From a bacterium (GTDB lineage: Bacteria; UBA8248): a stretch of 64,000 nt of DNA. This document shows positions 20,357-31,560 of this stretch, piece by piece (positions within the stretch are counted from its first letter, which is position 1; each line of letters begins with the position of its first letter). A model generated the notes under the pieces. It searched no databases. It had not been told where the DNA came from and was given only the letters and a program-made list of their open reading frames with translations. The stretch lies in the NCBI GenBank assembly GCA_965204535.1, contig CBDBEV010000001.1, forward strand, positions 1,376,001 through 1,440,000. Direction: 5' to 3'. The translations under genes were made by a program, and so were the position numbers.

Positions 20357-20388
20357 AAAAAAAGCCCCGGGCGCATGATGCCCGGGGC
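20357..20388 (-). terminator. Rho-independent terminator after the iscA/erpA-like gene
   Basis: gccccgggc/gcccggggc stem followed by seven U on the minus strand. Confidence 0.8.
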
Positions 20389-20406
20389 ACATAAAGCATT
20401 GTTTTA

Positions 20407-20790
20407 TCACGTAGTGAACGATTTTCCGCAGCCGCACATGCCCATGGCGTTGGGGTTGTTGATCTTGAAGCCCGAGCCCTGGAGGCTGTCGATGAAGTCG
20501 ATTTCCGTGCCCGCGATGACGGGATAACTCTGGGGGTCCACGAACACGTCGAAGCCATCGGCGGAGAACACTTTATCCTCGGGGTTGGCGGATTCCTCGA
20601 AATACAGGCCATAGTTGTAACCCGAGCAACCGCCGGCGGTGACGGCCAGCCTGAGGCCGTGGCCGCTCTTGCCTTCCGCCTCGAGAATCTCGGCGACCTT
20701 CTTGTTGGCGAGCGGCGTAACCGTAATGCCTTCAAGGGCTTGGGGTTTCTTTTGGGACTGATCGAACAGCGTGACCGTTCCATCCGACAT
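20407..20790 (-). CDS. HesB/IscA/ErpA family Fe-S cluster carrier
   Basis: GGCSG, GFKINNPNA and CGCGKSF. Confidence 0.95.
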   Translation of the reverse strand: MSDGTVTLFDQSQKKPQALEGITVTPLANKKVAEILEAEGKSGHGLRLAVTAGGCSGYNYGLYFEESANPEDKVFSADGFDVFVDPQSYPVIAGTEIDFIDSLQGSGFKINNPNAMGMCGCGKSFTT

Positions 20791-21015
20791 CGGTTGTTTC
20801 TCCTTGACCTTGATAAGGGCTGTTGTGATTTATCGATTTATCGTTATGACCACATACCAAATATACCTCATTTCGCCTTTTTTGCAAAGGCTTGTTCCCG
20901 ATATATCCTTGAAATACAGGCTTGTTCAAGGATGAAGGCGCTTAGTCTTTCCAGAGTGGGCAGGGGAACCCCCTGGGGCATATCGAAAAATTATACATGA
21001 CATACCTTATAAAAC

Positions 21016-21044
21016 TTGACAATAAAAGACTAAGATATTATATT
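21016..21044 (+). promoter_or_regulatory. Sigma70-type promoter upstream of clpB
   Basis: TTGACA-N17-TATATT in an AT-rich intergenic region. Confidence 0.75.
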
Positions 21045-21193
21045 TTTCTTGCGTCATAAAGCCTTGGCCGCCTCCAATATAACGGAATTGACGGGGTTTC
21101 AGGCGCCGGGAAATTTATCGAAATACGGTGGAAATTTATCGATATTTATCGAAATTTTCATCAATTCCACCGGGAAATTCGGAGCACACCCTC

Positions 21194-23824
21194 ATGAATT
21201 TTGAGCAATTCACCCACAAGACGCAAGAGGCCCTCCAGCATGCCCAGGAGTCGGCCCAGACGAGAGGCCACCAGGGCGTCACGCCCGCGCACGTAATCCT
21301 CGCGCTTCTGAGTCAGCCAGAAGGCGTGCTGGCCCCTCTGCTCGAAAAGGCGGGGCTGAAAGTCCACGTCTTAAGCCGCGAACTCGAAGCCTCGCTCGAG
21401 AAGCTCCCGAAAGTCGCCGCAAACGGCGGGCCCATTTATGTCACGCAGGAGTTGGCGACGCTCTTCCAGGCGGCCCAGCGCGAGGCGAAGGCCATGACGG
21501 ATGAATACGTGAGCGGCGAGCACCTCCTTCTCGCCGCGCTTGAGAACGGCGGCGCGGATGTCGTGAACATCCTGCGCGCCGCGGGTCTCGACCGCGAGAC
21601 CGCCCTCACGGCGCTCAAGGAGGTCCGCGGAAGCCAGCGCATCACCGATCAGAACGCGGAGAGCCGCTACCAGGCGCTCGAGCGTTTCGCCGTCGACCTC
21701 ACCGCGCAGGCCCGCTCCGGCAAGCTCGACCCCGTCGTGGGCCGCGAGGAGGAGATAAGGCGCGTCATGCAGGTGCTCTCCCGGCGCACGAAGAACAACC
21801 CGGTGCTCATCGGAGACCCCGGCGTGGGCAAGACCGCCATCGTCGAGGGACTCGCCCAGCGCATCGTGAACGGCGACGTGCCCGAGGGCCTGAAACGCAA
21901 GCGCCTGCTCAGTCTCGACATGGGTTCGCTCGTCGCGGGTTCGAAGTTCCGGGGCGAGTTCGAGGACAGGCTCAAGGCCGTGCTCAAGGAAGTGAGCGAA
22001 TCGGCCGGCGAGATCGTCTTGTTCATCGACGAGCTTCACACCGTCGTGGGCGCGGGCGCAGCGGAGGGGGCGGTGGACGCCTCGAACCTCCTGAAGCCTG
22101 CGCTCGCCCGTGGAGAGCTTCACTGCGTGGGCGCCACCACGCTGGATGAATACCGGAAACACATCGAGAAGGACGCGGCGCTCGAGCGGCGCTTTCAGCC
22201 GGTGGTGGTGGACGAACCCGGCATGGAGGACGCCGTCTCCATCCTGCGGGGTCTCAAGGAGAGATACGAGATTCACCACGGCGTCCGCATTCTGGACAAT
22301 GCCCTCGTCGCCGCCGTCGCGCTCTCGCATCGCTACATCAGCGACCGCCATCTGCCGGACAAGGCCATCGACCTGATAGACGAGGCCGCGAGCGGCCTGC
22401 GGCTCGAACTGGACAGCCTGCCCAAGGACATCGACCGGCAGGAGCGCGAGCTTCTCAGGCTCCGAATCGAGGAGCGCGCTCTCGAAGGCGAACAGGACGA
22501 GGGCAGCCGGGAGCGTCTTTCGCAGATACGCGAGCAGATATCCACTCTCGATGAGCAGAGCAGCGCCCGGAGAAGCAAATGGGCGGAAGAGAAAGAGGAG
22601 ATATCGCGGGTCCGCGAACTCAAGGAGCGCGTCGAGGCGATGAAGGCCGAGGCCCAGCGCGCCGAGCGCGAGGGAGATCTGGGCCGGGCGGCGGAGCTTC
22701 GCTACGGCGGGATTATCGCGGCCGAGAAGGAATTGGCCGAGGCGGAGGAAGAACTCGAAAAAAGGACCAACGGCCGCATGTTGAAAGAAGAGATCACCGA
22801 GGACGACGTGGCCGCCGTCGTGAGCCGCTGGACGGGGGTCAACGTAAGCAGGCTCCTGGAGACGGAGCGGGAGAAGCTCCTGCGCATGGAGGAGAACATC
22901 CACAAGCGCGTCGTGGGCCAGGACCGGGCGGTGGAGGCCCTCTCCGAAGCCGTGCGCCGCGCCCGCGCGGGCATCATGGACGAGAACCGGCCCATCGGCT
23001 CGTTCATCTTCCTGGGCCCCACCGGCGTGGGCAAGACCGAACTCGCCCGCGCGCTCGCGGAATTCCTGTTCGACGACGAGTCGGCGATGGTTCGCGTGGA
23101 CATGAGCGAATACATGGAAAAACACGCCGCCGCCAGACTCATCGGCGCGCCGCCCGGCTACGTCGGCTACGAGGAGGGGGGGCAGCTTACCGAAGCCGTC
23201 CGCAGGAAACCCTACTCGGTGGTGCTTCTGGACGAGATTGAAAAGGCGCACCCCGAGACCTTCCACCTGCTCCTCCAACTGCTCGATGACGGGAGGCTCA
23301 CGGACGGGCACGGCCGCACGGTCGATTTCCGAAACGCCGTCATCATCATGACGAGCAACGTCGGCACCGATGAGCTTTCGCGGAACGAGATCGGCTTCGT
23401 CGGAGGCGGTATACAGGAAATTGACCAGTCCAACGGATTGCTCGCGTCGCTTGGCAGGGTGTTCCGCCCCGAGTTCCTGAACCGCGTCGATGAGATCATC
23501 GTCTTCCGCGCGCTCACGAAAGAGCAGATCGCAGATATCGTGGAACTCCAGTTGCGGGATTTGGAAAAACGCCTGGAAGCCCAGAAGATCAGGCTGCGCT
23601 TGACGGACGCCGCCAGGAGCTTCCTGGCCGAGCGCGGCTACGACCCGGTCTACGGGGCGCGGCCGCTGAAGCGGGCGATTCAGACTTATCTGATGAACCC
23701 GCTCAGCAAGAAGCTCCTCGCCGGGGAATTCGAAACCGGAGAAACCGTGGAGGCGGACCACCCGGAGGGAGCGGATGCGCTCGCCTTCGCCGTCCTCATG
23801 GAAGCCGAAGCGGTGAAGACTTGA
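21194..23824 (+). CDS. clpB: ATP-dependent chaperone ClpB
   Basis: Two AAA+ modules ([16 protein letters not shown]) and a long middle domain (AAELRYG); start set at ATG 21194 after GGAG. Confidence 0.97.
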   Translation: MNFEQFTHKTQEALQHAQESAQTRGHQGVTPAHVILALLSQPEGVLAPLLEKAGLKVHVLSRELEASLEKLPKVAANGGPIYVTQELATLFQAAQREAKAMTDEYVSGEHLLLAALENGGADVVNILRAAGLDRETALTALKEVRGSQRITDQNAESRYQALERFAVDLTAQARSGKLDPVVGREEEIRRVMQVLSRRTKNNPVLIGDPGVGKTAIVEGLAQRIVNGDVPEGLKRKRLLSLDMGSLVAGSKFRGEFEDRLKAVLKEVSESAGEIVLFIDELHTVVGAGAAEGAVDASNLLKPALARGELHCVGATTLDEYRKHIEKDAALERRFQPVVVDEPGMEDAVSILRGLKERYEIHHGVRILDNALVAAVALSHRYISDRHLPDKAIDLIDEAASGLRLELDSLPKDIDRQERELLRLRIEERALEGEQDEGSRERLSQIREQISTLDEQSSARRSKWAEEKEEISRVRELKERVEAMKAEAQRAEREGDLGRAAELRYGGIIAAEKELAEAEEELEKRTNGRMLKEEITEDDVAAVVSRWTGVNVSRLLETEREKLLRMEENIHKRVVGQDRAVEALSEAVRRARAGIMDENRPIGSFIFLGPTGVGKTELARALAEFLFDDESAMVRVDMSEYMEKHAAARLIGAPPGYVGYEEGGQLTEAVRRKPYSVVLLDEIEKAHPETFHLLLQLLDDGRLTDGHGRTVDFRNAVIIMTSNVGTDELSRNEIGFVGGGIQEIDQSNGLLASLGRVFRPEFLNRVDEIIVFRALTKEQIADIVELQLRDLEKRLEAQKIRLRLTDAARSFLAERGYDPVYGARPLKRAIQTYLMNPLSKKLLAGEFETGETVEADHPEGADALAFAVLMEAEAVKT

Positions 23825-23838
23825 ATGCTCCCGGATGC

Positions 23839-23907
23839 GGGGTTGTAGAAAAACCCGCGGAAGGAGAATTCGGTTTTGTAGGGGCCGCATATGGGGTTGT
23901 TGAAAAA
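23839..23907 (+). repeat. Two tandem IS1182-like left-end fragments
   Basis: GGGGTTGTAGAAAAA at 23839 and GGGGTTGTTGAAAAA at 23893, compared with the IS end GGGGCTGTTGAAAAA. Confidence 0.6.
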
Positions 23908-23947
23908 GTCCCGTGGAGCGATTTTGGTTGAGCGCACGCTTTTGAAG

Positions 23948-24135
23948 TTCACTCCCCCCTTGAGGGGGAGTCGAAGAGCTAAGGGCGTAAGCCCGCAAGC
24001 GATTCGGTGGGGGGTATAATTCGGAATGGCGATAAAACGCATTTTACCCCCCACCGATTCAGCCTTCGCATAGAACGCTCGGCTTCTGTCGGGCTTTCCC
24101 CTCGGGAAGCCCGACCCCCTCAAGGGGGGAGTGAA
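23948..24135 (+). repeat. About 170-190 bp palindromic MITE-like element, family A, copy 1
   Basis: Ends TTCACTCCCCCCTTGAGGGGG and CCCCCTCAAGGGGGGAGTGAA; core ggcgataaaacgcattttaccccccaccgattcagccttcgc shared with copies at 48584 and 55231. Confidence 0.88.
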
Positions 24136-24241
24136 AAAACCAGGCACGGGAGAGTAGTTTTGCAGAGGGAGTTATGAATTGATCGGCAGGGAAGTCATCA
24201 ACTCTAATATATACTTCGCGTTTGGATAAGGAGAAAGTTTG

Positions 24242-26161
24242 ATGTCGAAGGTAATCGGAATTGATTTGGGCACCACCAACTCGGTCGTCTCCGTCATGGA
24301 GGGTGGGCAGCCTACGGTCATCGCCAACCAGGAGGGCAACCGCACGACGCCCAGCGTCGTGGCGTTCACCGACGACGGGGAGAAGCTCGTCGGCCTCGTG
24401 GCCAAGCGCCAGGCGGTGACCAACCCGACCAAGACCATCTATTCCGCAAAACGCTTCATGGGCAGGCGTTTCGCCGAGGTGCCCGAAGAGGTCACCATCG
24501 TGCCCTATGAGGTCGTGAAGTCGGACAGCGGCGACGCGCGCATCCGGATCGACGGCAAGGAGCACGCCCCGCCCGAGATATCGGCGAGCGTGCTGCAAAA
24601 GCTCAAACAGGCCGCGGAGGACTACCTGGGCGAGCAGGTGACCGAGGCGGTCGTCACGGTGCCCGCGTATTTCAACGACAGCCAGCGCCAGGCGACGAAG
24701 GACGCCGGAAAAATCGCAGGCCTCAACGTCCAGCGCATTATCAACGAACCGACGGCCGCCGCCCTCGCCTACGGACTCGACAAGAAGGCGGATCAGACCA
24801 TCGCGGTCTATGACTTCGGCGGGGGCACGTTCGACATCTCCATCCTCGAGGTGGGGGACAACGTGGTCGAGGTGAAGGCCACGAACGGCGACACGCACCT
24901 GGGCGGCGACAACATCGACCACCGGATCATCGAGTGGATGGCCGAGGAGTTCAAGAAGGATCAGGGAATCGACATCTCCGGCGACCCCATGGCGCTTCAG
25001 CGCCTGCGCGAGGAATCCGAGAAGGCGAAGATCGAGCTTTCGAGTTCGATGGAGACGACCATCAACCTGCCGTTCATCACGGCGGACGCCTCGGGCCCCA
25101 AGCACCTGAACCTGAAGCTCACGCGCGCGAAACTCGAGCAGCTGACCGGCGATCTGGTCGAGAAGACGCTGGGTCCCTGCCGGCGCGCGCTCGATGACGC
25201 CAAGGTCCAGCCCGGCGACATCGACGAGGTCGTGCTGGTGGGCGGCTCCACGCGGATGCCGCTGGTGCAGGAGACGGTGGAGAAATTCTTCGGAAAAGAG
25301 CCCCACAAGGGTGTGAATCCCGACGAGGTCGTGGCGGTCGGCGCGGGTGTTCAGGGCGGCGTGCTCGCCGGAGACGTGAAGGACGTGCTGTTGCTGGACG
25401 TCACCCCGCTCTCCTTGGGCATCGAGACGCTCGGCGGCGTGTCCACCAGGCTCATCGAGCGCAACACGACGATTCCCGTCAAGAAGAGCGAGACCTTCTC
25501 GACCGCGGCGGACAACCAGCCCTCCGTCGAGGTGCACGTCTTACAGGGCGAGCGCGAGATGGCCTCGGGCAACCGCTCGCTGGGCAAGTTCCATCTCGTC
25601 GGCATTCCCGCCGCGCCCCGGGGCGTTCCCCAGATCGAGGTGACGTTCGACATCGACGCCAACGGCATCGTGAACGTCTCCGCCAAGGATCTGGGCACCG
25701 GCAAGGAGCAGGCGATCACCATCACGAGTTCGAGCGGCCTCTCCGAGGATGAGATCAACAACATGGTGGCCGATGCGGACGAGCACGCCGAGGAGGACAA
25801 GAAACGCCGCGAGGCCGTCGAGGCGAGGAACATGGCCGACAGCATGGCGTACAGCACGGAGAAGATGCTCAAGGAGAACGAGGAGAAGGTGTCGGCCGAA
25901 GACAAGAAAGAGATAGAAGACGCCATCGCCGCGCTCCGGGCGGTTCTCGCGAAAGAGGACGCGACGGTGGAGGAGATCAAGGAAGCGCAGGAAAAACTGG
26001 AGGCGGCCTCGCACAAGCTCGCGCAGGCGATGTACGAACAGGCGAGTCAGGCCGGCGACGGCCCCGCCGAGACGCCTGAGTCCGGCGGCGGTGAGAACGG
26101 CGCGCCCGCGGGCGACGTCGTGGATGCGGAGTTCGAGGAGGTGGACAAGGACAAGTCCTGA
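24242..26161 (+). CDS. dnaK: Chaperone DnaK
   Basis: [25 protein letters not shown] and C-terminal [10 protein letters not shown]. Confidence 0.98.
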   Translation: MSKVIGIDLGTTNSVVSVMEGGQPTVIANQEGNRTTPSVVAFTDDGEKLVGLVAKRQAVTNPTKTIYSAKRFMGRRFAEVPEEVTIVPYEVVKSDSGDARIRIDGKEHAPPEISASVLQKLKQAAEDYLGEQVTEAVVTVPAYFNDSQRQATKDAGKIAGLNVQRIINEPTAAALAYGLDKKADQTIAVYDFGGGTFDISILEVGDNVVEVKATNGDTHLGGDNIDHRIIEWMAEEFKKDQGIDISGDPMALQRLREESEKAKIELSSSMETTINLPFITADASGPKHLNLKLTRAKLEQLTGDLVEKTLGPCRRALDDAKVQPGDIDEVVLVGGSTRMPLVQETVEKFFGKEPHKGVNPDEVVAVGAGVQGGVLAGDVKDVLLLDVTPLSLGIETLGGVSTRLIERNTTIPVKKSETFSTAADNQPSVEVHVLQGEREMASGNRSLGKFHLVGIPAAPRGVPQIEVTFDIDANGIVNVSAKDLGTGKEQAITITSSSGLSEDEINNMVADADEHAEEDKKRREAVEARNMADSMAYSTEKMLKENEEKVSAEDKKEIEDAIAALRAVLAKEDATVEEIKEAQEKLEAASHKLAQAMYEQASQAGDGPAETPESGGGENGAPAGDVVDAEFEEVDKDKS

Positions 26162-26185
26162 TAGTCCTGCCCGGATGAGGACGGT

Positions 26186-27139
26186 ATGCCTAAGCGTGAT
26201 TATTACGAGGTGCTGGGAATCGACCGGAGCGCCTCGGAAGCGGAACTGAAGCGCGCCTTCAAGAAGCTGGCGCGGACGTATCACCCCGACGTGAACCCGG
26301 GGGATGCGAAGGCCGAGGAGCGCTTCAAGGAGATCAGCGAGGCCTACGCCGTCATCTCGGACCCCGAGAAGCGCAGAAAATACGACGCCATGGGACACGC
26401 CGCCTTCGGCGGGGGCAGTCCCTGGGGCGAGGGCGCCCCGCCGGGCATGGAGGACATCCTGCGCGAATTCGGCCTGGGCGATATTTTCGGCGGGATTTTC
26501 GGCGGCGCGCGCGGCGGTGCGGCGCGCGGCGGTTTCCACGCGCAGCCTCAGGCCCCCCGGAAGGGTCAGGACGTGAACTACTCGATGGAGATCGGTTTCG
26601 ACGATTCCCTGAAGGGGCTCAACACCACCATCACCGTGCCCAAGACCACGAACGAGAACGGGAAAATACAGCACACCACCGAGCGCATTCAGGTGAAGAT
26701 ACCGCCCGGCGTCTCGAACGGCTCGCGCATCCGCCTGGCGGGCAAGGGGGAAACCTCGCTGAACGGGGGACCGCAGGGGGACCTCTTCATCGTCACAAAG
26801 GTGCGCGAACACCCCTTCTTCGAGCGCAAGGGGGATAATCTGTATCTCGAACTTCCCGTCAGCCTCGGCGAGGCGCTGCTGGGCGCGCGCGTGGAGATCA
26901 ACACCTTCGAGGGGGTGACGAAGATGACGATTCCCCCTTCGACCCAGAACGGCCAGGTTTTCAGGCTTTCGGGAAAGGGCGCTCCGAAACTCAAGGGCTC
27001 GGGCAAGGGCGATTTGTTCATCAGGGTCCAGGTCTTGTTGCCCGATCAGATGGATGAGGAGAGCAGGGAGATCGTCCGCGAACTCGAACGGCGCAACCCC
27101 ACGTCGCCGCGTGCGAACATGACGGGCGTGAGCATGTAG
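26186..27139 (+). CDS. DnaJ-class B chaperone (CbpA-like, no zinc finger)
   Basis: J-domain with HPD, G/F region and C-terminal domain; no CxxCxGxG repeats. Confidence 0.9.
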   Translation: MPKRDYYEVLGIDRSASEAELKRAFKKLARTYHPDVNPGDAKAEERFKEISEAYAVISDPEKRRKYDAMGHAAFGGGSPWGEGAPPGMEDILREFGLGDIFGGIFGGARGGAARGGFHAQPQAPRKGQDVNYSMEIGFDDSLKGLNTTITVPKTTNENGKIQHTTERIQVKIPPGVSNGSRIRLAGKGETSLNGGPQGDLFIVTKVREHPFFERKGDNLYLELPVSLGEALLGARVEINTFEGVTKMTIPPSTQNGQVFRLSGKGAPKLKGSGKGDLFIRVQVLLPDQMDEESREIVRELERRNPTSPRANMTGVSM

Positions 27140-27194
27140 TCATGGGCGGATGCCGGCGTGGGCAGACATATGACGAGAGGCTCAGGAGAGGATA

Positions 27195-27602
27195 ATGGCG
27201 CGTAGAGGCGTGAGGGACGGGCGCTACACCATCAGCGCGGTGGCCGAGATGTTCGAGATACACCAGCAGACGCTCAGGATGTATGAGCGCCAGGGTCTCA
27301 TCGAACCGGGCCGCAGCGAGGGCGGGACGCGCTATTACTCCGAGGAAGATATCGATCAACTCGAAGTCATCATGGCGCTCACGCGGGACATGGGCGTGAA
27401 CCTGGCGGGCGTGCAGGTCATCATCGAGCTTCGCGATAAGCTGATGAGCGCGCTCGAGCGCCTGGGCGAACTCGAGGAACTGATCGAGAGCCGGGCGTTC
27501 GAGGAATTCCGTGAGCAGATGAACAACGCGACCCCAGAGATGCAGGCCATGATACCTTCGGTCGCCGCCAAACTCGTGCGTGTCAGGAGGAGGCGGTTGT
27601 GA
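27195..27602 (+). CDS. hspR: MerR-family heat-shock repressor, HspR-like
   Basis: [35 protein letters not shown] and GVNLAGV; located in the dnaK cluster. Confidence 0.8.
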   Translation: MARRGVRDGRYTISAVAEMFEIHQQTLRMYERQGLIEPGRSEGGTRYYSEEDIDQLEVIMALTRDMGVNLAGVQVIIELRDKLMSALERLGELEELIESRAFEEFREQMNNATPEMQAMIPSVAAKLVRVRRRRL

Positions 27603-28459
27603 GCACGAATTCCATAAAATCCTTTTTGCTGCTCGGTCTGTTGACGGGGCTGATCCTGCTCATCGGGAATCTCCTCGGCGGGACGACCGGGCTGGTCATC
27701 GCCCTGGTGCTCGCGGTGGGCATCAACGGCTACAGCTACTGGTATTCGGACAAAATCGTTCTCGCCAGCACGGGCGCGAACGAGGTGCTTCCCGAACATG
27801 CGCCCGAACTCTACGGCATGGTGGCGGACCTCGCGCGGCGCGCGAACCTGCCCATGCCGCGCGTCTACGTCATTCCCGAGGATGCGCCGAACGCGTTCGC
27901 CACGGGCAGGAACCCCGAGAACGCCGCCGTCGCCTTCACCGAGGGAATTTTGCACGATCTCAATCGTGAGGAACTCGAAGGCGTGGCCGCGCACGAACTC
28001 GCCCACATCAAGAACCGCGACATTCTTCTGAGCACCATCGCCGCCTCCCTGGCGGGCGCCATTATGTATCTCGCGCAGATGGCGCAGTTCGCCGCGTTCT
28101 TCGGCGCCTACGGCAGGGACGACGACGAGGAGGGCGGAGGGGGCGGCCTGCTGGGCATCATCGTCGCCGCCATCGTGGCGCCCATTGCGGCGACGCTGCT
28201 CCAGATGGCGGTGAGCCGCTCGCGCGAGTATCTCGCCGACGCCACGGGCGCGCAAATCGCGGGCACGCCGGTGGGTCTTGCGAACGCCCTGCATCGACTG
28301 GACGAGGCCGCCCACCGCGAGGAACTCCACTGCGCGAGCGAGGCGACCGCCCACATGTATATCGTCAACCCGCTTGCGGGAGGCGGCCTGGCGAATCTGT
28401 TCAGCACGCACCCGCCGATGGAGGAGCGGATTCGGCGGCTGATGGAAATGAGATATTAG
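27599..28459 (+). CDS. htpX: Zinc metalloprotease HtpX
   Basis: [22 protein letters not shown] and STHPP. Confidence 0.95.
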   Translation: MSTNSIKSFLLLGLLTGLILLIGNLLGGTTGLVIALVLAVGINGYSYWYSDKIVLASTGANEVLPEHAPELYGMVADLARRANLPMPRVYVIPEDAPNAFATGRNPENAAVAFTEGILHDLNREELEGVAAHELAHIKNRDILLSTIAASLAGAIMYLAQMAQFAAFFGAYGRDDDEEGGGGGLLGIIVAAIVAPIAATLLQMAVSRSREYLADATGAQIAGTPVGLANALHRLDEAAHREELHCASEATAHMYIVNPLAGGGLANLFSTHPPMEERIRRLMEMRY

Positions 28460-28480
28460 GATCCGGGAGGAAGTCGTTTC

Positions 28481-29188
28481 ATGAAAGCCAAGGACGTAAA
28501 GGTCGAAACGGATAACGGCGATGGCGCGAAGGCGGAAGCCGAAGCCGCGGAGTCGGTGGACGCGGAGGAAGAAGCCAAGGAAAAGCCGCGCGTCGTGGAC
28601 AGGCGGCGCGTCCGCGAAGACGGCGAGGTGACCGAGGAGAGCGAAGCGGAGGCCGAGGAAACCCCGCGCGTGCCCGCCTACGTGGAGCAACTCCAGGCGA
28701 AGGTCGCCGCCGCCGAGGAGAAGTTTAGGGAATATGTCGAGAAAATCGACAAGGATACGGCCGATTTCCGGGCGCGCCAGGAACGCGAGATGGAGCGGAG
28801 GACCCAGGAGGTGAAAAAACAGGCGGTCTCCGGTTTCCTGGGCATCGCCGACGATCTGGCGCGCGCCACGGCGGCCGTCGATAGCGAAACCTCTCAGGGG
28901 GAAAAAAGCGGTGCGCTGGATACCCTGGTGCAGGGCGTCCGGATGATTCAGGGCCGGTTTTTTCAGGAACTCTCGAATCTGGGGGTGGAGCCTCTATCGG
29001 CGATGGGCGCCGCTTTCAATCCCGAGGAACACGAGGCGGTGCGCATGGTCGAGGTGAGTGATGAGGCGCAGGACGGCCTTGTGGTCGAGGAGTTGGCTTG
29101 CGGCTACAGGCTGGGCGATGCGGTATTGAGGCCCGCGCGCGTCTCGGTGGGCAAGTACGCCGGCCCGCAGCCGGACGCGCGCCCTTGA
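28481..29188 (+). CDS. grpE: Nucleotide exchange factor GrpE
   Basis: DDLARA, FNPEEHEAV and GYRLGDAVLRPARVSV. Confidence 0.93.
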   Translation: MKAKDVKVETDNGDGAKAEAEAAESVDAEEEAKEKPRVVDRRRVREDGEVTEESEAEAEETPRVPAYVEQLQAKVAAAEEKFREYVEKIDKDTADFRARQEREMERRTQEVKKQAVSGFLGIADDLARATAAVDSETSQGEKSGALDTLVQGVRMIQGRFFQELSNLGVEPLSAMGAAFNPEEHEAVRMVEVSDEAQDGLVVEELACGYRLGDAVLRPARVSVGKYAGPQPDARP

Positions 29189-29247
29189 ACCGGATGCGCG
29201 CGCATAGTATGTTCGCGTGTTTTCGATTTTAGGTACGAAGGGAAAAC

Positions 29248-30396
29248 ATGAGCAAGCGTGACTACTACGAAGTGCTGGGTGTAGACCGCAACGCGAGCGA
29301 CGCCGAGATCAAAAAGGCGTATCGCACGCTGGCGATGAAGCATCATCCCGATCGCAACTCCGGCGATGCGAAGGCGGAGGAGTTGTTCAAGGAAGCCTCC
29401 GAGGCCTACCAGGTGTTGAGCGAGCCCGAGAAGCGGAGCGCATATGACCGTTTCGGCCATGACGGGCTTCGGGGAATGGGGCATCAGGGTTTTTCGAGTT
29501 TCGACGATATCTTCTCCTCGTTCGGGGATATTTTCGGCGATCTGTTCGGCGGCGCATTCGCAGGCGGACGCTCCCGCCGAGACGGGCCGCGCCAGGGCCG
29601 GGACCTCGCCTATGAACTGGAGATGACGTTCGAGGAGGCGGCTTCGGGCATCGAGCGTGAAATCGAATTCGAGCGGCCCGTGGAATGCGTCTATTGCGGC
29701 GGAAGCGGGGCGAAGTCGCCCGATGCGATTCGCGAGTGTCCATCGTGCGGCGGAAGCGGGCAGATGTCCTACCGCCAGGGTTTCATGACCTTTTCCACCA
29801 CCTGCTCGGACTGCGGCGGCACGGGCAGGCGAATCACCGAACACTGCCCGGAATGCGGCGGTACCGGACGCCGCCTGGAGCAGCGGAAGATGAAGGTGAA
29901 GATTCCCCCCGGCGTGGACGAGGGCGCCAGGCTGCGCCTTCGCGAAGAGGGGGAAGGGGGCGCCAAGGGCGGGCCGGCGGGCGATTTGTTCGTCGTCGTC
30001 TCCATGCTCGCGCACGAGGAATTCGAGCGCAACGGGTCGGACGTGGCAAGCCAGGTATTCGTTTCGTTCTCCCAGGCCGCGCTCGGCGATACGGTGAAGG
30101 TGAGGACGCTTTACGGAGAATCCGAACTCGAGATACCCAAGGGGGTGCAGTCCTCGGACGTGCTCCGGCTCAGGGGCGAGGGATTCCAGCGCCTGGGGAG
30201 GAGAGGACGCGGCGATCACATGTTTTTGGTGCACGTCCGGACGCCGACGAGATTGACGCCGGACGAGGAAAAGCTGTTTGGCGAATTGTCGGAGATCGAA
30301 CGTGAGAAGGCGGGGAAAAACGGGACGGGCGGCGTCGCGGAAAACGGCGCCGGAAAAAAGGGCATTCTCGATAAATTGAGTTCTCTTTGGGGATAA
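29248..30396 (+). CDS. dnaJ: Chaperone DnaJ
   Basis: HPD J-domain and four CxxCxGxG repeats. Confidence 0.97.
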   Translation: MSKRDYYEVLGVDRNASDAEIKKAYRTLAMKHHPDRNSGDAKAEELFKEASEAYQVLSEPEKRSAYDRFGHDGLRGMGHQGFSSFDDIFSSFGDIFGDLFGGAFAGGRSRRDGPRQGRDLAYELEMTFEEAASGIEREIEFERPVECVYCGGSGAKSPDAIRECPSCGGSGQMSYRQGFMTFSTTCSDCGGTGRRITEHCPECGGTGRRLEQRKMKVKIPPGVDEGARLRLREEGEGGAKGGPAGDLFVVVSMLAHEEFERNGSDVASQVFVSFSQAALGDTVKVRTLYGESELEIPKGVQSSDVLRLRGEGFQRLGRRGRGDHMFLVHVRTPTRLTPDEEKLFGELSEIEREKAGKNGTGGVAENGAGKKGILDKLSSLWG

Positions 30397-30464
30397 GCGC
30401 GCATTCAGGCAAATGAGAAGAGGCGGCGTCCGGTACCCCGGGGTCGGACGCCGGAGGGCAAGCG

Positions 30465-30983
30465 ATGGAAGAGGAAAACGTAGAAGATAAAGGGTTCAAG
30501 ATTTCCGACCGGAGATTCTCCGTGAGGGGATATGAGGATGAGGAATCGCCTGCTTCCGGAGGTGAAGGGCAGTTGTTCCCCCCGGATGCGGCGGATGAAG
30601 AGATGAATCCGCCAACCGGCGCGTTCGCGCCAGGTCCCGAGGCGATGGAGCCGGAACCGGCCCCACCCCCGGAGGTTCCGCAACCCCAAGCCGAAGAAAG
30701 GGAGCAGCCTCCGGCCGAAGACGCGGATGAGGAGGAAGACAAGAGTTTCGAGATGCTCATCGCCATCGTGCAGCAAAACGCTCTGGCGGCGATGGGCATT
30801 CATCCGCAAACCGGAGAGCGCATCGGGGCGGCGGACCCGCGAAGTTCGAAAATTTTCGTCGACTTGTTCGCCGCCCTCAAGGAGAAGACGGAAGGCAACC
30901 TTACCCAGGAGGAGGAGCACCTTCTGAATCAGGTTCACTCCGATCTGCAAATGATATATGTTCGGGAGGTTGGGTTCGGTTAA
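30465..30983 (+). CDS. DUF1844-like protein with an acidic Pro-rich N-terminal region
   Basis: FKISDRR at the N-terminus; LKEKTEGNLTQEE...LQMIYV at the C-terminus. Confidence 0.75.
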   Translation: MEEENVEDKGFKISDRRFSVRGYEDEESPASGGEGQLFPPDAADEEMNPPTGAFAPGPEAMEPEPAPPPEVPQPQAEEREQPPAEDADEEEDKSFEMLIAIVQQNALAAMGIHPQTGERIGAADPRSSKIFVDLFAALKEKTEGNLTQEEEHLLNQVHSDLQMIYVREVGFG

Positions 30984-31063
30984 GTCCGAAGGATCGGCGA
31001 GGCGCCGATTCGATGCGCGTCATCCCCAACAGTCCTTTTTGTTTACCTCATGCGGGAGATTAC

Positions 31064-31339
31064 ATGACCGTGTCCACGTCTTATGACGAGATGTTCGAAG
31101 AAGCGCTCGGTGTCGTCAAGAATCGCTTTCTGCTTTCGGTGCTGCTCGCCAAGCGGGTGGCCCAGCTCAGGCGGGGTGCGGAGCCTCTGGTTCCCTCACA
31201 GTCCCACGAGACGCCCGAGGAGATCGTGTTCCGCGAGATTATCGAGGAAAAACTGGAGTGGCGAAAGACCGCGTCGGCCCTTGATTTGACCGACATTGAC
31301 CAGGGCTTCATGGATGTCGGGTTCGACGACGAGGCGTAG
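31064..31339 (+). CDS. rpoZ: RNA polymerase omega subunit
   Basis: NRFLLSVLLAKRVAQLRRGAEPLV...FREI; ATG 31064 after GGGAG. Confidence 0.85.
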   Translation: MTVSTSYDEMFEEALGVVKNRFLLSVLLAKRVAQLRRGAEPLVPSQSHETPEEIVFREIIEEKLEWRKTASALDLTDIDQGFMDVGFDDEA

Positions 31340-31361
31340 TTTCGCCTGAAAGCGCACGCCG

Positions 31362-31393
31362 GCCGCTGCCCGGGGAACCGGGCGGCGGTTTTT
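31362..31393 (+). terminator. Rho-independent terminator after rpoZ
   Basis: ccgctgcccgg/ccgggcggcgg stem followed by TTTTT. Confidence 0.75.
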
Positions 31394-31560
31394 GTTGGGA
31401 ATGAAATCTTTCAGTTGACGACCCCTTTTTGCCTGTCGATTCATCACCCTTTCTTCAAAACCGATTTTTCCTGCATAGGTTTTCCCGCTCTCGCGTTGAG
31501 GGGTTGTTGAAAAAGCTCCTGATTTCGTGATTCGGCGTATGTAGCCAACCGGGGAGGGGG

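Noticed and set aside
20335-20376. ATG 20376 as the radical SAM start
   Set aside because: It lies within the iscA terminator hairpin with no RBS. GTG 20334 is more plausible but unproven.
21015-21035. Canonical HAIR or CIRCE operator at the clpB promoter
   Set aside because: It only partly resembles CTTGAGT-N7-ACTCAAG and has no TTAGCACTC-N9-GAGTGCTAA; kept only as a non-canonical candidate.
21371-23998. 875-aa minus-strand ORF, and similar long antisense ORFs such as 38880-42077, 24059-25537 and 16290-17633
   Set aside because: They are shadow frames of well-supported genes in GC-rich DNA and carry no recognisable motifs.
23686-24147. Small recurring ORFs containing GGKMRFIA and LPLKGG (also 48463-48690 and 55291-55983)
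   Set aside because: They are translations of the family A repeat and have no independent coding evidence.
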